64,000 nt of DNA. Source: Rheinheimera sp. (GTDB taxonomy: Bacteria > Pseudomonadota > Gammaproteobacteria > Enterobacterales > Alteromonadaceae). The notes under the pieces were generated by a model. That model was given only the letters and a program-made list of their open reading frames with translations, was not told the origin of the DNA and made no database searches. Location: positions 433 through 64,432 of the forward strand of contig NZ_JAUYGV010000008.1 in NCBI RefSeq assembly GCF_030690345.1, given 5' to 3'. A program made the position numbers and the translations under genes. Below are positions 31,319-40,801 of this stretch, one piece after another (position 1 is the first letter of the stretch; the number at the start of each line of letters is the position of its first letter).

Positions 31319-31723
31319 ATGCTATCGGTCAAATCCCGCAAGCTGACGTTTTTTCTGTCCGGCCTCGGGATTTACCTGTTGCTGACACTGGCGGTATTGT
31401 TCTGGTATCAGGACGATGTTGAGCAAATGAGCTGGGTAGACCGTGAAGTGTTTAATCATAAAATTATTAACAGCTACAGCTCTACTGCCAATATTCAGCA
31501 GCAAGAAGTACTGCAGCGTTTGGGCAGCCCCGACATTACCACCGCTGTGCAACAAAATAACACCCTGTATCAGCTGTTATACTACCGCACTCATCGCAGC
31601 GTTGCTGATGGCATCACCACCGCAGATGAATGCACGGCGCTGTTGTTCAAAAACCGTCGCTTAATTGCACTGGGCGAGCCTGCTGTGACGCAATATCAGG
31701 CAATAGCAGCTAATGGAGGCTAA
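31319..31723 (+). CDS. DUF3192-like membrane-anchored protein
   Basis: The ORF-track frame starts at 31238 and overlaps xni. I prefer the ATG at 31319 (MLSVKSRKLTFFLSGLGIYLL...), which follows GAGG; 31283 is also possible. The C-terminus LGSPDITTAV...LLYYRTHRSVADGITTADECTALLFKNRRL parallels the protein at 24021..24380. Confidence 0.6.
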   Translation: MLSVKSRKLTFFLSGLGIYLLLTLAVLFWYQDDVEQMSWVDREVFNHKIINSYSSTANIQQQEVLQRLGSPDITTAVQQNNTLYQLLYYRTHRSVADGITTADECTALLFKNRRLIALGEPAVTQYQAIAANGG

Positions 31724-33119
31724 TAACCCCGCCTGGCTGCGCTATCAGCATTTATTACAACAAAGTGCAGAGCAGCTTAGAACCGCGTCCGACATAAGCT
31801 CCCTGCTTACACTCAGCCGGCAATTGGCGGCACAGCGGTTGGCTATCGCTGATACCAACGCTGCCGACATTGACACCACAGACGTATTGCAACACATTGC
31901 CGCTCTACCCGCAGCGGCGCAGCCGGCAGAGCTATTGTTGCTGTTTTGTCAGCTTTATCGCTGGCCGGCTAAAGTACGACAATTGCTGCTGTTCGCCGGT
32001 TATTGCAGTACGCTGGCCAAACACCTGCCGCAAGCGGCTGAGCATGTTAAGTTGCAACCTTACCCTGCACTGTTGGCGGCGAAGTTACTGCACAAACTAC
32101 CGCAGGCCGCTGCTGTTACAACGCTGCTCAACAACTGTTATCCAACCGAGCGCAATATAGCCCCCTGGCAGCAAAACCCGCTTAGCCTATTGCTGACACA
32201 ATGTGAATACCTGTGCCGCGATACAGAGTTGTCAGCCCAACCGCTGCGGCAGCGCATTGGCCTGCGCCTGGCGCTGACTAAAAGCGAATATGAGCTGCAA
32301 TTATTACAGCGCTTATTACAGCCGCCACGGCCCGGCATTGAACTGTCGGACAGCAGCGATTTACTCAGCCAGTCCCAATTTACCCGGCTGTGCGATGCCA
32401 ACACTAAACAGTTAGTGCTGTATCTGGGCCAATCAGCGACGTTAGCCGCGCCGGTATTGGCACTGGCAACGGAGCTGAACCGGCAACAACAACCTGTTAC
32501 TGACTTGCGGCTGGCGTTAAATCTGATAGGACAGCAGCAATTGCCTTATATGCTGGCCGAAGCGGAATTGCAGGCGAACCTGCAGCAATTACAACAGCCG
32601 GCACAGGTGTTATTGCATCAATTCAGTTTCTGTATGGCGCAGGCACTGCACTTATTACCCACCCTGCAGCTGTCGCTGCCACAGAGCCGCACGCTGGCAC
32701 TGTGTCTGTGTTCTGAGTTGTGGCGCAATGAGGCAGCTTATACCGGCGGTTTACTCAAACGCGCCGCTCAAAGCTGGCACAGCGCTATTGATAGCCGCTG
32801 CTACACACAAGACGACACCTGTGCCGACCGGCTGGCAGCCTTGTTACAGCATTATCGTCTGCAGCAATGGCTAAAGCCGGCTCAGCATTGGTTGCAAAGC
32901 CTTAGCGGCAATGCGGTGCCGCGCGACAGTAACACCCTGGCACTGCTATTGGCGTGGCACAGCAGCCTGTTGCTGTTTACAGCGCATAGCCCACAGACAC
33001 TGCAACGGGTGTTCAGCCTTGCACAGCAGCCGTTGCTGCTGCCTGCCGACAGCGATACCTGGTTGCAGCAGTTGCTGGCCGGCAGTAACTGTTATTATCC
33101 GCTTGAATTAACATTGTAG
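31713..33119 (+). CDS. hypothetical Leu/Gln/Ala-rich protein, no recognisable family
   Basis: 468-aa ORF with an 11-nt overlap with the preceding gene. Codon usage resembles its neighbours and no motifs were recognised. Confidence 0.55.
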   Translation: MEANNPAWLRYQHLLQQSAEQLRTASDISSLLTLSRQLAAQRLAIADTNAADIDTTDVLQHIAALPAAAQPAELLLLFCQLYRWPAKVRQLLLFAGYCSTLAKHLPQAAEHVKLQPYPALLAAKLLHKLPQAAAVTTLLNNCYPTERNIAPWQQNPLSLLLTQCEYLCRDTELSAQPLRQRIGLRLALTKSEYELQLLQRLLQPPRPGIELSDSSDLLSQSQFTRLCDANTKQLVLYLGQSATLAAPVLALATELNRQQQPVTDLRLALNLIGQQQLPYMLAEAELQANLQQLQQPAQVLLHQFSFCMAQALHLLPTLQLSLPQSRTLALCLCSELWRNEAAYTGGLLKRAAQSWHSAIDSRCYTQDDTCADRLAALLQHYRLQQWLKPAQHWLQSLSGNAVPRDSNTLALLLAWHSSLLLFTAHSPQTLQRVFSLAQQPLLLPADSDTWLQQLLAGSNCYYPLELTL

Positions 33120-33283
33120 TTTTATTACAACATTCACCGGCTTTATAGTGCCTATAACGGCAAAAACAGCAGTAAACTTGTGCCAAACTGGCACTTTGGG
33201 CCGAAAAATGCTATATTCTGCGCCGTTTTCAGGCCCGCCAGAGGCCCTCTTTCCGAATAATTACGACAGCTAAGGATCCCCCC

Positions 33284-34291
33284 ATGAGTAAGCAAATTAT
33301 TACTGTCATTAAAGGCGATGGCATAGGCCCAAGCATTGTTGAAGCCGCCATCCAGGTACTGGATAAAGTGGGCTGTGACTTCGACTACGAGTATGTCGAT
33401 GCCGGTTTAACCGCACTGGAGAAAACCGGTGAGTTGTTACCCCAGGCCACGCTGGATGCCATAGCACGTAACAAAATTACGTTAAAAGGCCCGCTGACTA
33501 CGCCGGTAGGCGAAGGCTTTACCTCTATTAACGTAACGCTGCGGAAAAAGTTTAACCTGTATTCCAACGTACGCCCGGTAATTTCCTTTAAGGGCACTAA
33601 GGCACGTTACGAGAATATCGACATCATCACTATCCGTGAAAATACCGAAGGCATGTACTCCGGTCACGGCCAGGTAGTGTCTGCTGATGGCATGGTTGCC
33701 GAAGCCACCAGTATTGTGACTAAAGACGGTGCCGAGCGTATTGCGGTGTTTGCCTTTGAAACGGCACGGCGCGAAAAGCGCAAGAAAGTGACCATTGTGC
33801 ACAAGGCCAACATTCTCAAATCCACCTCTGGTTTATTCCTGAAAACGGCGCGTGAAGTGGCGACCCGTTACCCGGATATTGAAGCTCAGGAAATGATTGT
33901 CGATAACGCCTGTATGCAGCTGGTGATGAACCCGCAACAGTTCGACGTTATTGTTACCACTAACCTGTTTGGTGACATTTTATCTGACTTATGCGCCGGT
34001 TTAGTTGGCGGCTTAGGCATGGCACCTGGCGCCAACATTGGTGCCGATTGCGCTATTTTTGAAGCGGTACACGGCAGTGCACCGGATATTGCCGGTAAAA
34101 ACCTGGCTAACCCAAGTTCGGTGATCCTGGCTTCTATTCAAATGCTGGAATATTTAGGCATGCAGGATAAAGCCGAGAAAATCCGCAGCGCTCTGGCCGA
34201 TGTTATCGCCAGCGGCGATCGTACCACGCGTGATTTAGGCGGCAGCTTCGGCACCACCGACTTTACCGCTGCGGTATTAGAGCGTTTATAA
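33284..34291 (+). CDS. NAD-dependent isocitrate dehydrogenase (isocitrate/isopropylmalate dehydrogenase family, 335-aa type)
   Basis: KGDGIGPSIV..., SINVTLRKKFNLYSNVRP, IIRENTEGMYSG and NLFGDILSDLCAGLVGGLGMAPGANIG motifs. Substrate assignment (isocitrate versus other) is by similarity from memory. Confidence 0.82.
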   Translation: MSKQIITVIKGDGIGPSIVEAAIQVLDKVGCDFDYEYVDAGLTALEKTGELLPQATLDAIARNKITLKGPLTTPVGEGFTSINVTLRKKFNLYSNVRPVISFKGTKARYENIDIITIRENTEGMYSGHGQVVSADGMVAEATSIVTKDGAERIAVFAFETARREKRKKVTIVHKANILKSTSGLFLKTAREVATRYPDIEAQEMIVDNACMQLVMNPQQFDVIVTTNLFGDILSDLCAGLVGGLGMAPGANIGADCAIFEAVHGSAPDIAGKNLANPSSVILASIQMLEYLGMQDKAEKIRSALADVIASGDRTTRDLGGSFGTTDFTAAVLERL

Positions 34292-34308
34292 GCAATATTG
34301 CTGTTAGA

Positions 34309-34337
34309 ATAGCCACCTTAGGGTGGCTATTTTTTTA
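34309..34337 (+). terminator. intrinsic terminator after the dehydrogenase gene
   Basis: ATAGCCACC-ttag-GGTGGCTAT hairpin followed by 7 T. Confidence 0.82.
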
Positions 34338-34360
34338 CCGTCAACAACAGAGGACTTTAC

Positions 34361-34585
34361 ATGTCTCAACCGAAAAACCCGCTGCACGGTGTCACGCTGG
34401 AGCAAATCGTCACCGCGTTGGTCGATCACTTCGGCTGGCCGGCTCTGGCGCAGCAGATAGATATCAACTGCTTTAAAACAGATCCGTCAGTAAAAAGCAG
34501 CCTGAAATTTTTACGCAAAACGCCGTGGGCACGGCAAAAAGTAGAAGAGTTGTATGTGGCAAAAAAGCTGTATCAGCAAGTCTGA
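34361..34585 (+). CDS. VF530-family (DUF2132) small putative DNA-binding protein
   Basis: 74-aa ORF: [60 protein letters not shown], matching the DUF2132 pattern. Confidence 0.7.
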   Translation: MSQPKNPLHGVTLEQIVTALVDHFGWPALAQQIDINCFKTDPSVKSSLKFLRKTPWARQKVEELYVAKKLYQQV

Positions 34586-34598
34586 TACAGCTTTTCGT

Positions 34599-35171
34599 CT
34601 AACCGTTGTAAATAGCCCCGCCGCCACTCACATAGCTTTGCAGTACACTGTTAGCCGCATCGCGCTGTACCAACCGCACTACTTCAACACCGGCATTGGT
34701 AAGATATTCATAACTGCTGTCATACACCGGGCCTTCATCAAAACCGATAGCACGGGCGTCGTCGGCTGTAGCCGCACAGACTAAACGCTTTACCCCACTC
34801 CATAAAGTACCGCCCAAGCACATAGCGCAAGGCTCGCACGAGGTAAACAGCTCACGCTTAACACCATCGGCTGATAAACTAAAGCTCTGCACGCTTTGCT
34901 CTGCCAGCATTATCGCCATCATCTCGCCATGCGCAGTAGAGTTATGCAGTGGCATTACGCGGTTTACGCCAACACTGACCAGTTTGCCGCTGGCGCAGTC
35001 AAAAATAGCACTACCAAAAGGGCCGCCGGTGCCGCGCAGCACGTTTTGCTTTGACAGCTCTACCGCCAGCGCCATTTTTTCATCGTCGTTTTGATACACT
35101 TTTTGCCAGTCGACTACTTCGTTAATCCAGTCCGGCAAGTGCAGGGTTAATTGTTGTACTGCTGTCATCAT
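34599..35171 (-). CDS. CMP/dCMP-type zinc deaminase (guanine-deaminase-like nucleoside/base deaminase)
   Basis: HGEMMAIM (HAE-type) and SCEPCAMCLGG (PCxxC) zinc motifs. The ORF frame extends to 35237. I prefer the tandem ATGs at 35171/35168, which follow GGAG; the upstream extension lies inside a structured GC-rich element. Confidence 0.8.
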   Translation of the reverse strand: MMTAVQQLTLHLPDWINEVVDWQKVYQNDDEKMALAVELSKQNVLRGTGGPFGSAIFDCASGKLVSVGVNRVMPLHNSTAHGEMMAIMLAEQSVQSFSLSADGVKRELFTSCEPCAMCLGGTLWSGVKRLVCAATADDARAIGFDEGPVYDSSYEYLTNAGVEVVRLVQRDAANSVLQSYVSGGGAIYNG

Positions 35172-35200
35172 TACTCCAAAAACATCTGCTGCAAGCAAAC

Positions 35201-35298
35201 GAGTCGGATTGCCCACGCCAACACGCCGTAAACCCATCCCTGGGGGCTCGTCTCAGCCCGTCCGGGGCTTCAACGGTTAGCTTAGGGCAATCCGACTC
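35201..35298. other. 98-nt GC-rich rod-like imperfect palindrome in the gpt-deaminase spacer (candidate cis-regulatory RNA or REP/ERIC-like repeat)
   Basis: Perfect 14-bp arms GAGTCGGATTGCCC (35201..35214) and GGGCAATCCGACTC (35285..35298). On the minus-strand RNA they are extended by inner helices GCUAAC/GUUGGC, AAGCCC/GGGUUU and GGGCU/AGCCC with an apical loop GAGACG, about 31 bp in total. Confidence 0.5.
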
Positions 35299-35318
35299 TC
35301 AGCCTCTCGCTTCTTTCT

Positions 35319-35789
35319 TTACTTCTCAGCCAATGGCTTGCTATAAGCCAGTTCCATATCCCATGGCAGCTGGATCCAGGTGTCCTGCTCGATATCCGTT
35401 ACATACTTATCCACCAGTGGCTTACCTTGTGGCTTGGCATAAACGGTAACAAAGCAAGCTTTAGGGAAATGCTCACGCAGGGCTTTGGCCGTTTCACCGG
35501 TATCCACCAGATCGTCGACAATTAACAGCTTGTCTGAATCGGCCAGGCTGGCGTCTTTTAAAATGCTTAAGCTACCTTGCTTATCATGCTCGTAGCTGGC
35601 AACACAGATACTGTCTACCACACGGATATTCAGCTCACGGGCTAAAATAGCCGCCGGCACCAGGCCACCGCGGCTTACTGCCACTATGGCATTATAGTCA
35701 TGGCCTAACAGCTGATGCGCCAGCTCTTTGGTGGCGCGGTGAAAGGCTTCCCAGGAAACATAAAACATTTTATTGCTGGATAACGACAT
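35319..35789 (-). CDS. gpt: xanthine-guanine phosphoribosyltransferase
   Basis: 156-aa ORF colinear with E. coli Gpt (IVAVSRGGLVPAAILARELNIR..., LIVDDLVDTGETA, DTWIQLPWD). Confidence 0.92.
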   Translation of the reverse strand: MSLSSNKMFYVSWEAFHRATKELAHQLLGHDYNAIVAVSRGGLVPAAILARELNIRVVDSICVASYEHDKQGSLSILKDASLADSDKLLIVDDLVDTGETAKALREHFPKACFVTVYAKPQGKPLVDKYVTDIEQDTWIQLPWDMELAYSKPLAEK

Positions 35790-35819
35790 GGTTCAATCCT
35801 GTAGTCAGTTAAACGGTGA

Positions 35820-36521
35820 TCAGAGGCAGCCCAGTGCCACTTCGACCATTTCATTAAAGCTGTTCTGCCGCAGCTCTGCGCTTAACGCCTCGCCGGTGCG
35901 AATATGATCGCTTACCGTGAAAATCGCCAACGCATTGATGCCGTATTCTGCAGCCACGCCGTACAAACCGGCGGCTTCCATTTCAACTGCCAACACACCA
36001 TACTTTTCTAAGGTGTCGAACAGGGTTTCGCTGGGGTTGTAGAACAAGTCTGAGGTAAACACATTACCCACTTTGACATTGATATTTTTTGCTCTGGCTG
36101 CGGCTACCGCTTTTTCCAGTAAGGCAAAGCTGGCCATAGCGGCAAAGTCCATCCCCGCCAGGCGGTTACGGTTAACGTTAGAGTCGGTGCTGGCACCCAT
36201 ACCAATAACTACGTCACGTACTTTAACATCCAGTGGCAAGCCACCGCAGGAGCCGATACGGATAATGTTTTTTACGCCATAAAACTTTACCAGCTCGGTG
36301 GCATAGATTGACATCGACGGTATGCCCATGCCGGAGCCCAGCACGCTAACCGGCTTACCTTTATAGGTACCGGTATAACCAAACATATTGCGCACAGTGT
36401 TTACACACACCGCGTCGGTTAAAAAGGTTTCAGCAATGTGCTTAGCGCGCAGCGGGTCGCCCGGCATCAATACTGTTGCAGCAAAAGCGCCCTCTGGCGC
36501 ATTAATATGCGGAGTTGCCAT
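35820..36521 (-). CDS. deoD: purine nucleoside phosphorylase DeoD type
   Basis: 233-aa ORF: [34 protein letters not shown]...[10 protein letters not shown]...VEMEAAGLY. Confidence 0.95.
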   Translation of the reverse strand: MATPHINAPEGAFAATVLMPGDPLRAKHIAETFLTDAVCVNTVRNMFGYTGTYKGKPVSVLGSGMGIPSMSIYATELVKFYGVKNIIRIGSCGGLPLDVKVRDVVIGMGASTDSNVNRNRLAGMDFAAMASFALLEKAVAAARAKNINVKVGNVFTSDLFYNPSETLFDTLEKYGVLAVEMEAAGLYGVAAEYGINALAIFTVSDHIRTGEALSAELRQNSFNEMVEVALGCL

Positions 36522-36530
36522 AAATATCTC

Positions 36531-37745
36531 TTAGTTAATTTTATCCAGGAAGGAATCGCCGTACGCCATAGCGTCCAGCGTAAAATAATCGGCCAGCGTC
36601 TGGCCAATATCAGCAAAGCTCATACGCTCGCCCAGATCTGTGCCTTGCATGCCGGGTTTATACACCAACACCGGGATATATTCCCGGGTATGTTCAGTGC
36701 CATGCCAGGTTGGGTCACAGCCATGATCCGCGGTCAATATCATCAGTGTGTCATCAGCACAGGCGGCCATTAATTCCGGCAAACGGCGGTCAAAATACTC
36801 CAGCGCTTCGCCATAGCCGATAGGATCACGCCTGTGGCCAAAGTTCTGGTCAAAATCCACCAGGTTGGTAAAGACCAAGCTGTTGCCCGTCTGCTGTGCC
36901 ATCTGTGCCAGGGTTTTATCAATCAGCGCTTCCAGCCCGGTGGCTTTTAAACTTTCACTAATGCCCTGATGAGCATAAATATCGGCAATTTTACCGATGC
37001 TTACCACCCTGCCGCCAGCGGCAGTAAGTTTATCCAACACAGTGGGTGCCGGCGGCAGTACGGAATAATCGCGGCGGTTACCGGTGCGGGCATAGTTGTT
37101 TGCGCTGTCGCCCAAAAACGGCCTGGCGATAACGCGGCCAATATTGTAGTCGTCCAGCAGTTCACGCGCGACCAGGCAAAAATCCAGCAGCTTTTGCAGG
37201 CCAAAATGCTCTTCGTGCGCCGCCACCTGAAACACGCTGTCGGCCGAGGTATAACAAATCGGTTTACCGGTTTTTATATGTTCATCACCCAGCTTTACCA
37301 GAATATCGGTACCTGAAGCATGGCAATTGCCCAAAATACCAGGCACACCGGTGCGCCGGCACAGCTCGTCTATTAATGCCGGCGGAAAGCTGTCGGTTTT
37401 GTTATGAAAATAGCCCCAGTCAAACAGTACCGGTACACCGGCAATCTCCCAGTGGCCGCTGGGAGTGTCTTTACCGCTGCTCAGCTCGCGGGCATAGCCA
37501 TAGCCGCCAACTATGTTATCGCTGTCGGCTACATCAGCCGCAATGCCATGCGATGCGGCAGCGCCGGCTTTAACCAGCCCCAGCCGCGCCAGGTTAGGCA
37601 ACGCCAGCTGACGGCCGGTTTTAGCACGAAATGCTTTGGCAATACTGGCGAAGGTATTAGCACCGACATCACCAAAGGTGTCTGCATCCGGTGCATAACC
37701 GATACCGAAACTATCCAATACCAGGATCACTGCTTTTTTTGCCAT
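36531..37745 (-). CDS. deoB: phosphopentomutase
   Basis: [16 protein letters not shown]..., ...[11 protein letters not shown]... and [10 protein letters not shown] motifs. I chose the start at 37745 (AGGAG upstream) over the ORF-track 37799. Confidence 0.93.
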   Translation of the reverse strand: MAKKAVILVLDSFGIGYAPDADTFGDVGANTFASIAKAFRAKTGRQLALPNLARLGLVKAGAAASHGIAADVADSDNIVGGYGYARELSSGKDTPSGHWEIAGVPVLFDWGYFHNKTDSFPPALIDELCRRTGVPGILGNCHASGTDILVKLGDEHIKTGKPICYTSADSVFQVAAHEEHFGLQKLLDFCLVARELLDDYNIGRVIARPFLGDSANNYARTGNRRDYSVLPPAPTVLDKLTAAGGRVVSIGKIADIYAHQGISESLKATGLEALIDKTLAQMAQQTGNSLVFTNLVDFDQNFGHRRDPIGYGEALEYFDRRLPELMAACADDTLMILTADHGCDPTWHGTEHTREYIPVLVYKPGMQGTDLGERMSFADIGQTLADYFTLDAMAYGDSFLDKIN

Positions 37746-37914
37746 AGTCCTGCTCCTGCCATCTGTGTTAATCGTTGGTATATCTACTGCGACCAGCATA
37801 ACCGCTATAGGGTTCGTGCAACAGTGGCCGACACATTTTAAAAAAGGGCACGCAGTGTAAAACGAACGCTGCAGCTTTACAATAAGGCCGGCGGGCTTTG
37901 CCGTTAGCCAAAGA

Positions 37915-37945
37915 CAAAAAACCCGCCGGTTGGCGGGTCTTTTAT
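37915..37945 (-). terminator. intrinsic terminator downstream of the prolyl oligopeptidase gene
   Basis: ACCCGCC-aacc-GGCGGGT hairpin followed by TTTTTTGTC on the minus strand. Confidence 0.8.
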
Positions 37946-37958
37946 GCCATAGCAGCGG

Positions 37959-40124
37959 TTACGGCAACTGCTGATAGCCCATGTTATACAACGTAAAGCT
38001 GAAGATATCCGCCATCTGTTCAATCTGCTTTGACACCGGCGTACCGGCACCATGCCCGGCATTGGTTTCAATGCGGATCAGCTGCGGGTTTGCTCCGGCA
38101 TCTTTGGCCTGCAGCTCAGCAGCAAACTTAAACGAATGCGCCGGCACCACGCGATCGTCATGATCGGCTGTGGTCACCATAGTGGCAGGATGCGCCACAC
38201 CGGCTTTAACATTATGCACCGGTGAGTAACCCAGCAGGTAATCAAACATTTCTTGACTCTGCTCGCTGGTGCCGTAGTCATACGCCCAGCCGGCGCCGGC
38301 AGTAAAGGTATGATAACGCAACATATCCAGCACACCCACGGCCGGCAATGCTACTTTTACCAGCTCAGGCTTCTGTGTCATTACCGCGCCCACCAGCAAG
38401 CCACCGTTTGAGCCACCGCGAATAGCCAGTTTATCTTTTGAGGTATAGCCTTCTTGTTGCAGGTATTCTGCTGCAGCAATAAAGTCGTCAAACACATTTT
38501 GCTTTTGCAACTGCGTACCGGCCTGATGCCAGGCTTTACCGTATTCACCGCCGCCACGCAGGTTCGGTACAGCGTAGACACCGCCCATATCCAGCCATAC
38601 CGCATTAGGGATACTGAAACCCGGTGTCAGGCTAACGTTAAAGCCACCGTAACCATATAGGATAGTTGGGTTAGTGCCATCGCGTTTTAAGCCTTTTTTG
38701 TAACTGATGATCATCGGTACTTTAGTGCCGTCTTTTGAGCTATAAAATACCTGCTCAGACACATAGTTATCGCTGTCAAAATCCGCGCCTGACTTACTGT
38801 ACACCTCTGAGCTGCCGGTTGCCGGTGCAAAGCTGTATATGGTTTGCGCTGTAGTGTAGTTAGTAAAGGTGTAATACAGCGTATCGTCGGCTTTTTTAGC
38901 GCTGAAACCGCCTACACTACCCACGCCCGGCAGGCTGATATCGCGTACCAGTTTGCCGCTGTAGTCGTATTGCTGCACTTTGGCGATAGCATCAACCATA
39001 TACTCGGCAAAAATGTAGCCGGCGCCGGTGGACGCACTCAGCACGTTGTCAGTGTGCGGGATTAAATCAACCCAATGCTCAGGCTGAGGCTTAGCCGCAT
39101 CTACCGTTACCACTTTTTTGTTCGGCGCATTCAGGTTAGTCACCAGATACAATTTACTGCCATCGTTATCCAGTAAGTCGGTATCAGAATCGGTGTGGTC
39201 TAAAATAGTCACCAGGGCGCTGTCAGGCTTGGTTAAATCTTTTAAAAACAGCTTATTGCCGGATGTAGATACCGCAGCAGAGATCAACAGGTAGCGATCA
39301 TCTTCAGTGACAGAAGCACCAACATAACGGTGTTTTTCCGCATCAGTACCACCAAAAACGACGGTATCGTCTTTTTGTGCTGTACCCAGTTTATGGTAGT
39401 ACAGCTTATGCTGATCGGTTTTGGCCGACAGCTCACTGCCATCCGGTTTGTCATAGCTGGAGTAGTAAAACCCTTCGTTACCTAACCAACTGATACCACT
39501 GAACTTTACATCAACCAGTTCAGTTTCCAATTGCTGTTTGGTTTCAACATCAATAACGATAATTTTGCGCCAGTCACTGCCACCTTCAGAAATGGAGTAG
39601 GCCAGTTTAGAACCATCTTTGGAAAAGCTGACCTCCGCCAAAGATGTGGTGCCGTCTTCACTAAAAGTATTGGGGTCAAGAAATACTTCGCTGCTGCCAT
39701 CAGCTAACTGACGATACAACACATACTGGTTTTGCAGGCCGTCATTTTTGTAAAAATAGGTGTACTTGCCTTCTTTAAACGGCGCACTGACTTTTTCATA
39801 ATTCCATGATGCCGCCAGCTTTTGCTTAATTTGTTCGCGGTACGGAATTTGCTCCAGATAACCAAAGGTAACTTTGTTTTGTGCTTTTACCCAGGCTTCA
39901 GTTTCACTGCTGCGGTCATCTTCTAACCAGCGGTACGGGTCGGCAATTTGTTGTTCGAAATAGCTGTCTACCACCTCAATTTTGGTAGTTTGCGGATAGC
40001 TGATAGTCAGTTTTTTAGTTTCTGTCATAGTAGTACTGTCAGGTCCGGTTACGCTGTCGGTGCCAGGGGCGCCGCCACAAGCGGCCAGTAAGGATAGGGT
40101 AAGAATGCTTAAAACATGTTTCAT
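37959..40124 (-). CDS. prolyl oligopeptidase (S9A family), lipoprotein-type signal
   Basis: [18 protein letters not shown] lipobox start at 40124 (AGGAAG upstream; the ORF-track start 40175 is less likely). It has a DPYRWLED N-terminal motif, a beta-propeller region and a C-terminal catalytic domain with GGSNGGLL (nucleophile Ser) and ...DHDDRV..H. Confidence 0.92.
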   Translation of the reverse strand: MKHVLSILTLSLLAACGGAPGTDSVTGPDSTTMTETKKLTISYPQTTKIEVVDSYFEQQIADPYRWLEDDRSSETEAWVKAQNKVTFGYLEQIPYREQIKQKLAASWNYEKVSAPFKEGKYTYFYKNDGLQNQYVLYRQLADGSSEVFLDPNTFSEDGTTSLAEVSFSKDGSKLAYSISEGGSDWRKIIVIDVETKQQLETELVDVKFSGISWLGNEGFYYSSYDKPDGSELSAKTDQHKLYYHKLGTAQKDDTVVFGGTDAEKHRYVGASVTEDDRYLLISAAVSTSGNKLFLKDLTKPDSALVTILDHTDSDTDLLDNDGSKLYLVTNLNAPNKKVVTVDAAKPQPEHWVDLIPHTDNVLSASTGAGYIFAEYMVDAIAKVQQYDYSGKLVRDISLPGVGSVGGFSAKKADDTLYYTFTNYTTAQTIYSFAPATGSSEVYSKSGADFDSDNYVSEQVFYSSKDGTKVPMIISYKKGLKRDGTNPTILYGYGGFNVSLTPGFSIPNAVWLDMGGVYAVPNLRGGGEYGKAWHQAGTQLQKQNVFDDFIAAAEYLQQEGYTSKDKLAIRGGSNGGLLVGAVMTQKPELVKVALPAVGVLDMLRYHTFTAGAGWAYDYGTSEQSQEMFDYLLGYSPVHNVKAGVAHPATMVTTADHDDRVVPAHSFKFAAELQAKDAGANPQLIRIETNAGHGAGTPVSKQIEQMADIFSFTLYNMGYQQLP

Positions 40125-40226
40125 CTGCGCGGACTTCCTGTTTCTGGTTGTTATAAACGCCAACGAGCTTAACAAAGAAGCAGGCCCTTGCCTATTTCAA
40201 CAGCGCAGATTTTGCCGGCGGTTAAA

Positions 40227-40258
40227 CGAAAAAACCCTAACCAAATGGTTAGGGTTTT
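40227..40258 (-). terminator. intrinsic terminator of the tRNA cluster
   Basis: AACCCTAACC-attt-GGTTAGGGTT hairpin followed by TTTTTTCG on the minus strand, just 3' of the last tRNA. Confidence 0.78.
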
Positions 40259-40263
40259 AAGTA

Positions 40264-40339
40264 TGGTGCCCAGACCCGGAATCGAACCAGGGACACGCGG
40301 ATTTTCAATCCGCTGCTCTACCGACTGAGCTATCTGGGC
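40264..40339 (-). tRNA. tRNA-Phe (GAA)
   Basis: Hand-folded cloverleaf: acceptor GCCCAGA/TCTGGGC, D stem GCTC/GAGC, anticodon stem GCGGA/TCCGC with loop TTGAAAA, T arm CCTGG-TTCGATT-CCGGG, encoded CCA. Near-identical layout to E. coli tRNA-Phe. Confidence 0.97.
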
Positions 40340-40356
40340 AAAACTGTGACGCTAAA

Positions 40357-40432
<76 letters not shown>

Positions 40433-40496
40433 TGCGACAACATGGAAAAAGTTATTTAAGTTTGATACTTTACAACAACTTTAGCACCGAAATTAA

Positions 40497-40572
40497 TGGT
40501 GCCCAGACCCGGAATCGAACCAGGGACACGCGGATTTTCAATCCGCTGCTCTACCGACTGAGCTATCTGGGC
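40497..40572 (-). tRNA. tRNA-Phe (GAA), identical copy
   Basis: Sequence identical to 40264..40339 by direct comparison. Confidence 0.97.
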
Positions 40573-40584
40573 AACGCGGGTCGT

Positions 40585-40613
40585 ATTAAACGGATTTTAC
40601 GATCCTAAGTCAA
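40585..40613 (-). promoter_or_regulatory. candidate sigma-70 promoter of the tRNA Phe-Thr-Phe operon
   Basis: The minus strand reads TTGACT, a 17-nt spacer, then TTTAAT, followed by a GC-rich discriminator (ACGACCCGCG) immediately before the first tRNA. There is an AT-rich UP-like tract upstream. Confidence 0.5.
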
Positions 40614-40801
40614 CAGATATTTTAGTGCACAAGGTGCGTTAGCTTATTAGTTGAACAAAAGCCCGAAAGATCTGTATCACGGTTGAAAAACACGGCTACT
40701 TTTTGCTTAAAAACTAAGCCGCTACCTTATTTAGCAAAAGTTGTTAGAATGCCGGCTATCAATGTTACTTTGCTCTGTCGGCAGCTATGATTGGATAATA
40801 A

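Noticed and set aside
35172-35318. Known purine-related riboswitch (guanine/adenine, ZTP, PRPP/ppGpp, guanidine or xanthine-NMT1) upstream of the deaminase
   Set aside because: The element folds as one long rod, not a three-way junction. I cannot find the conserved purine-riboswitch loop sequences, the ZTP CCGGGCGGA...CCGCCUGGG core or the guanidine ACGR loops. My memory of the NMT1 consensus is too weak to assert or exclude it, so it is reported only as an unclassified structure.
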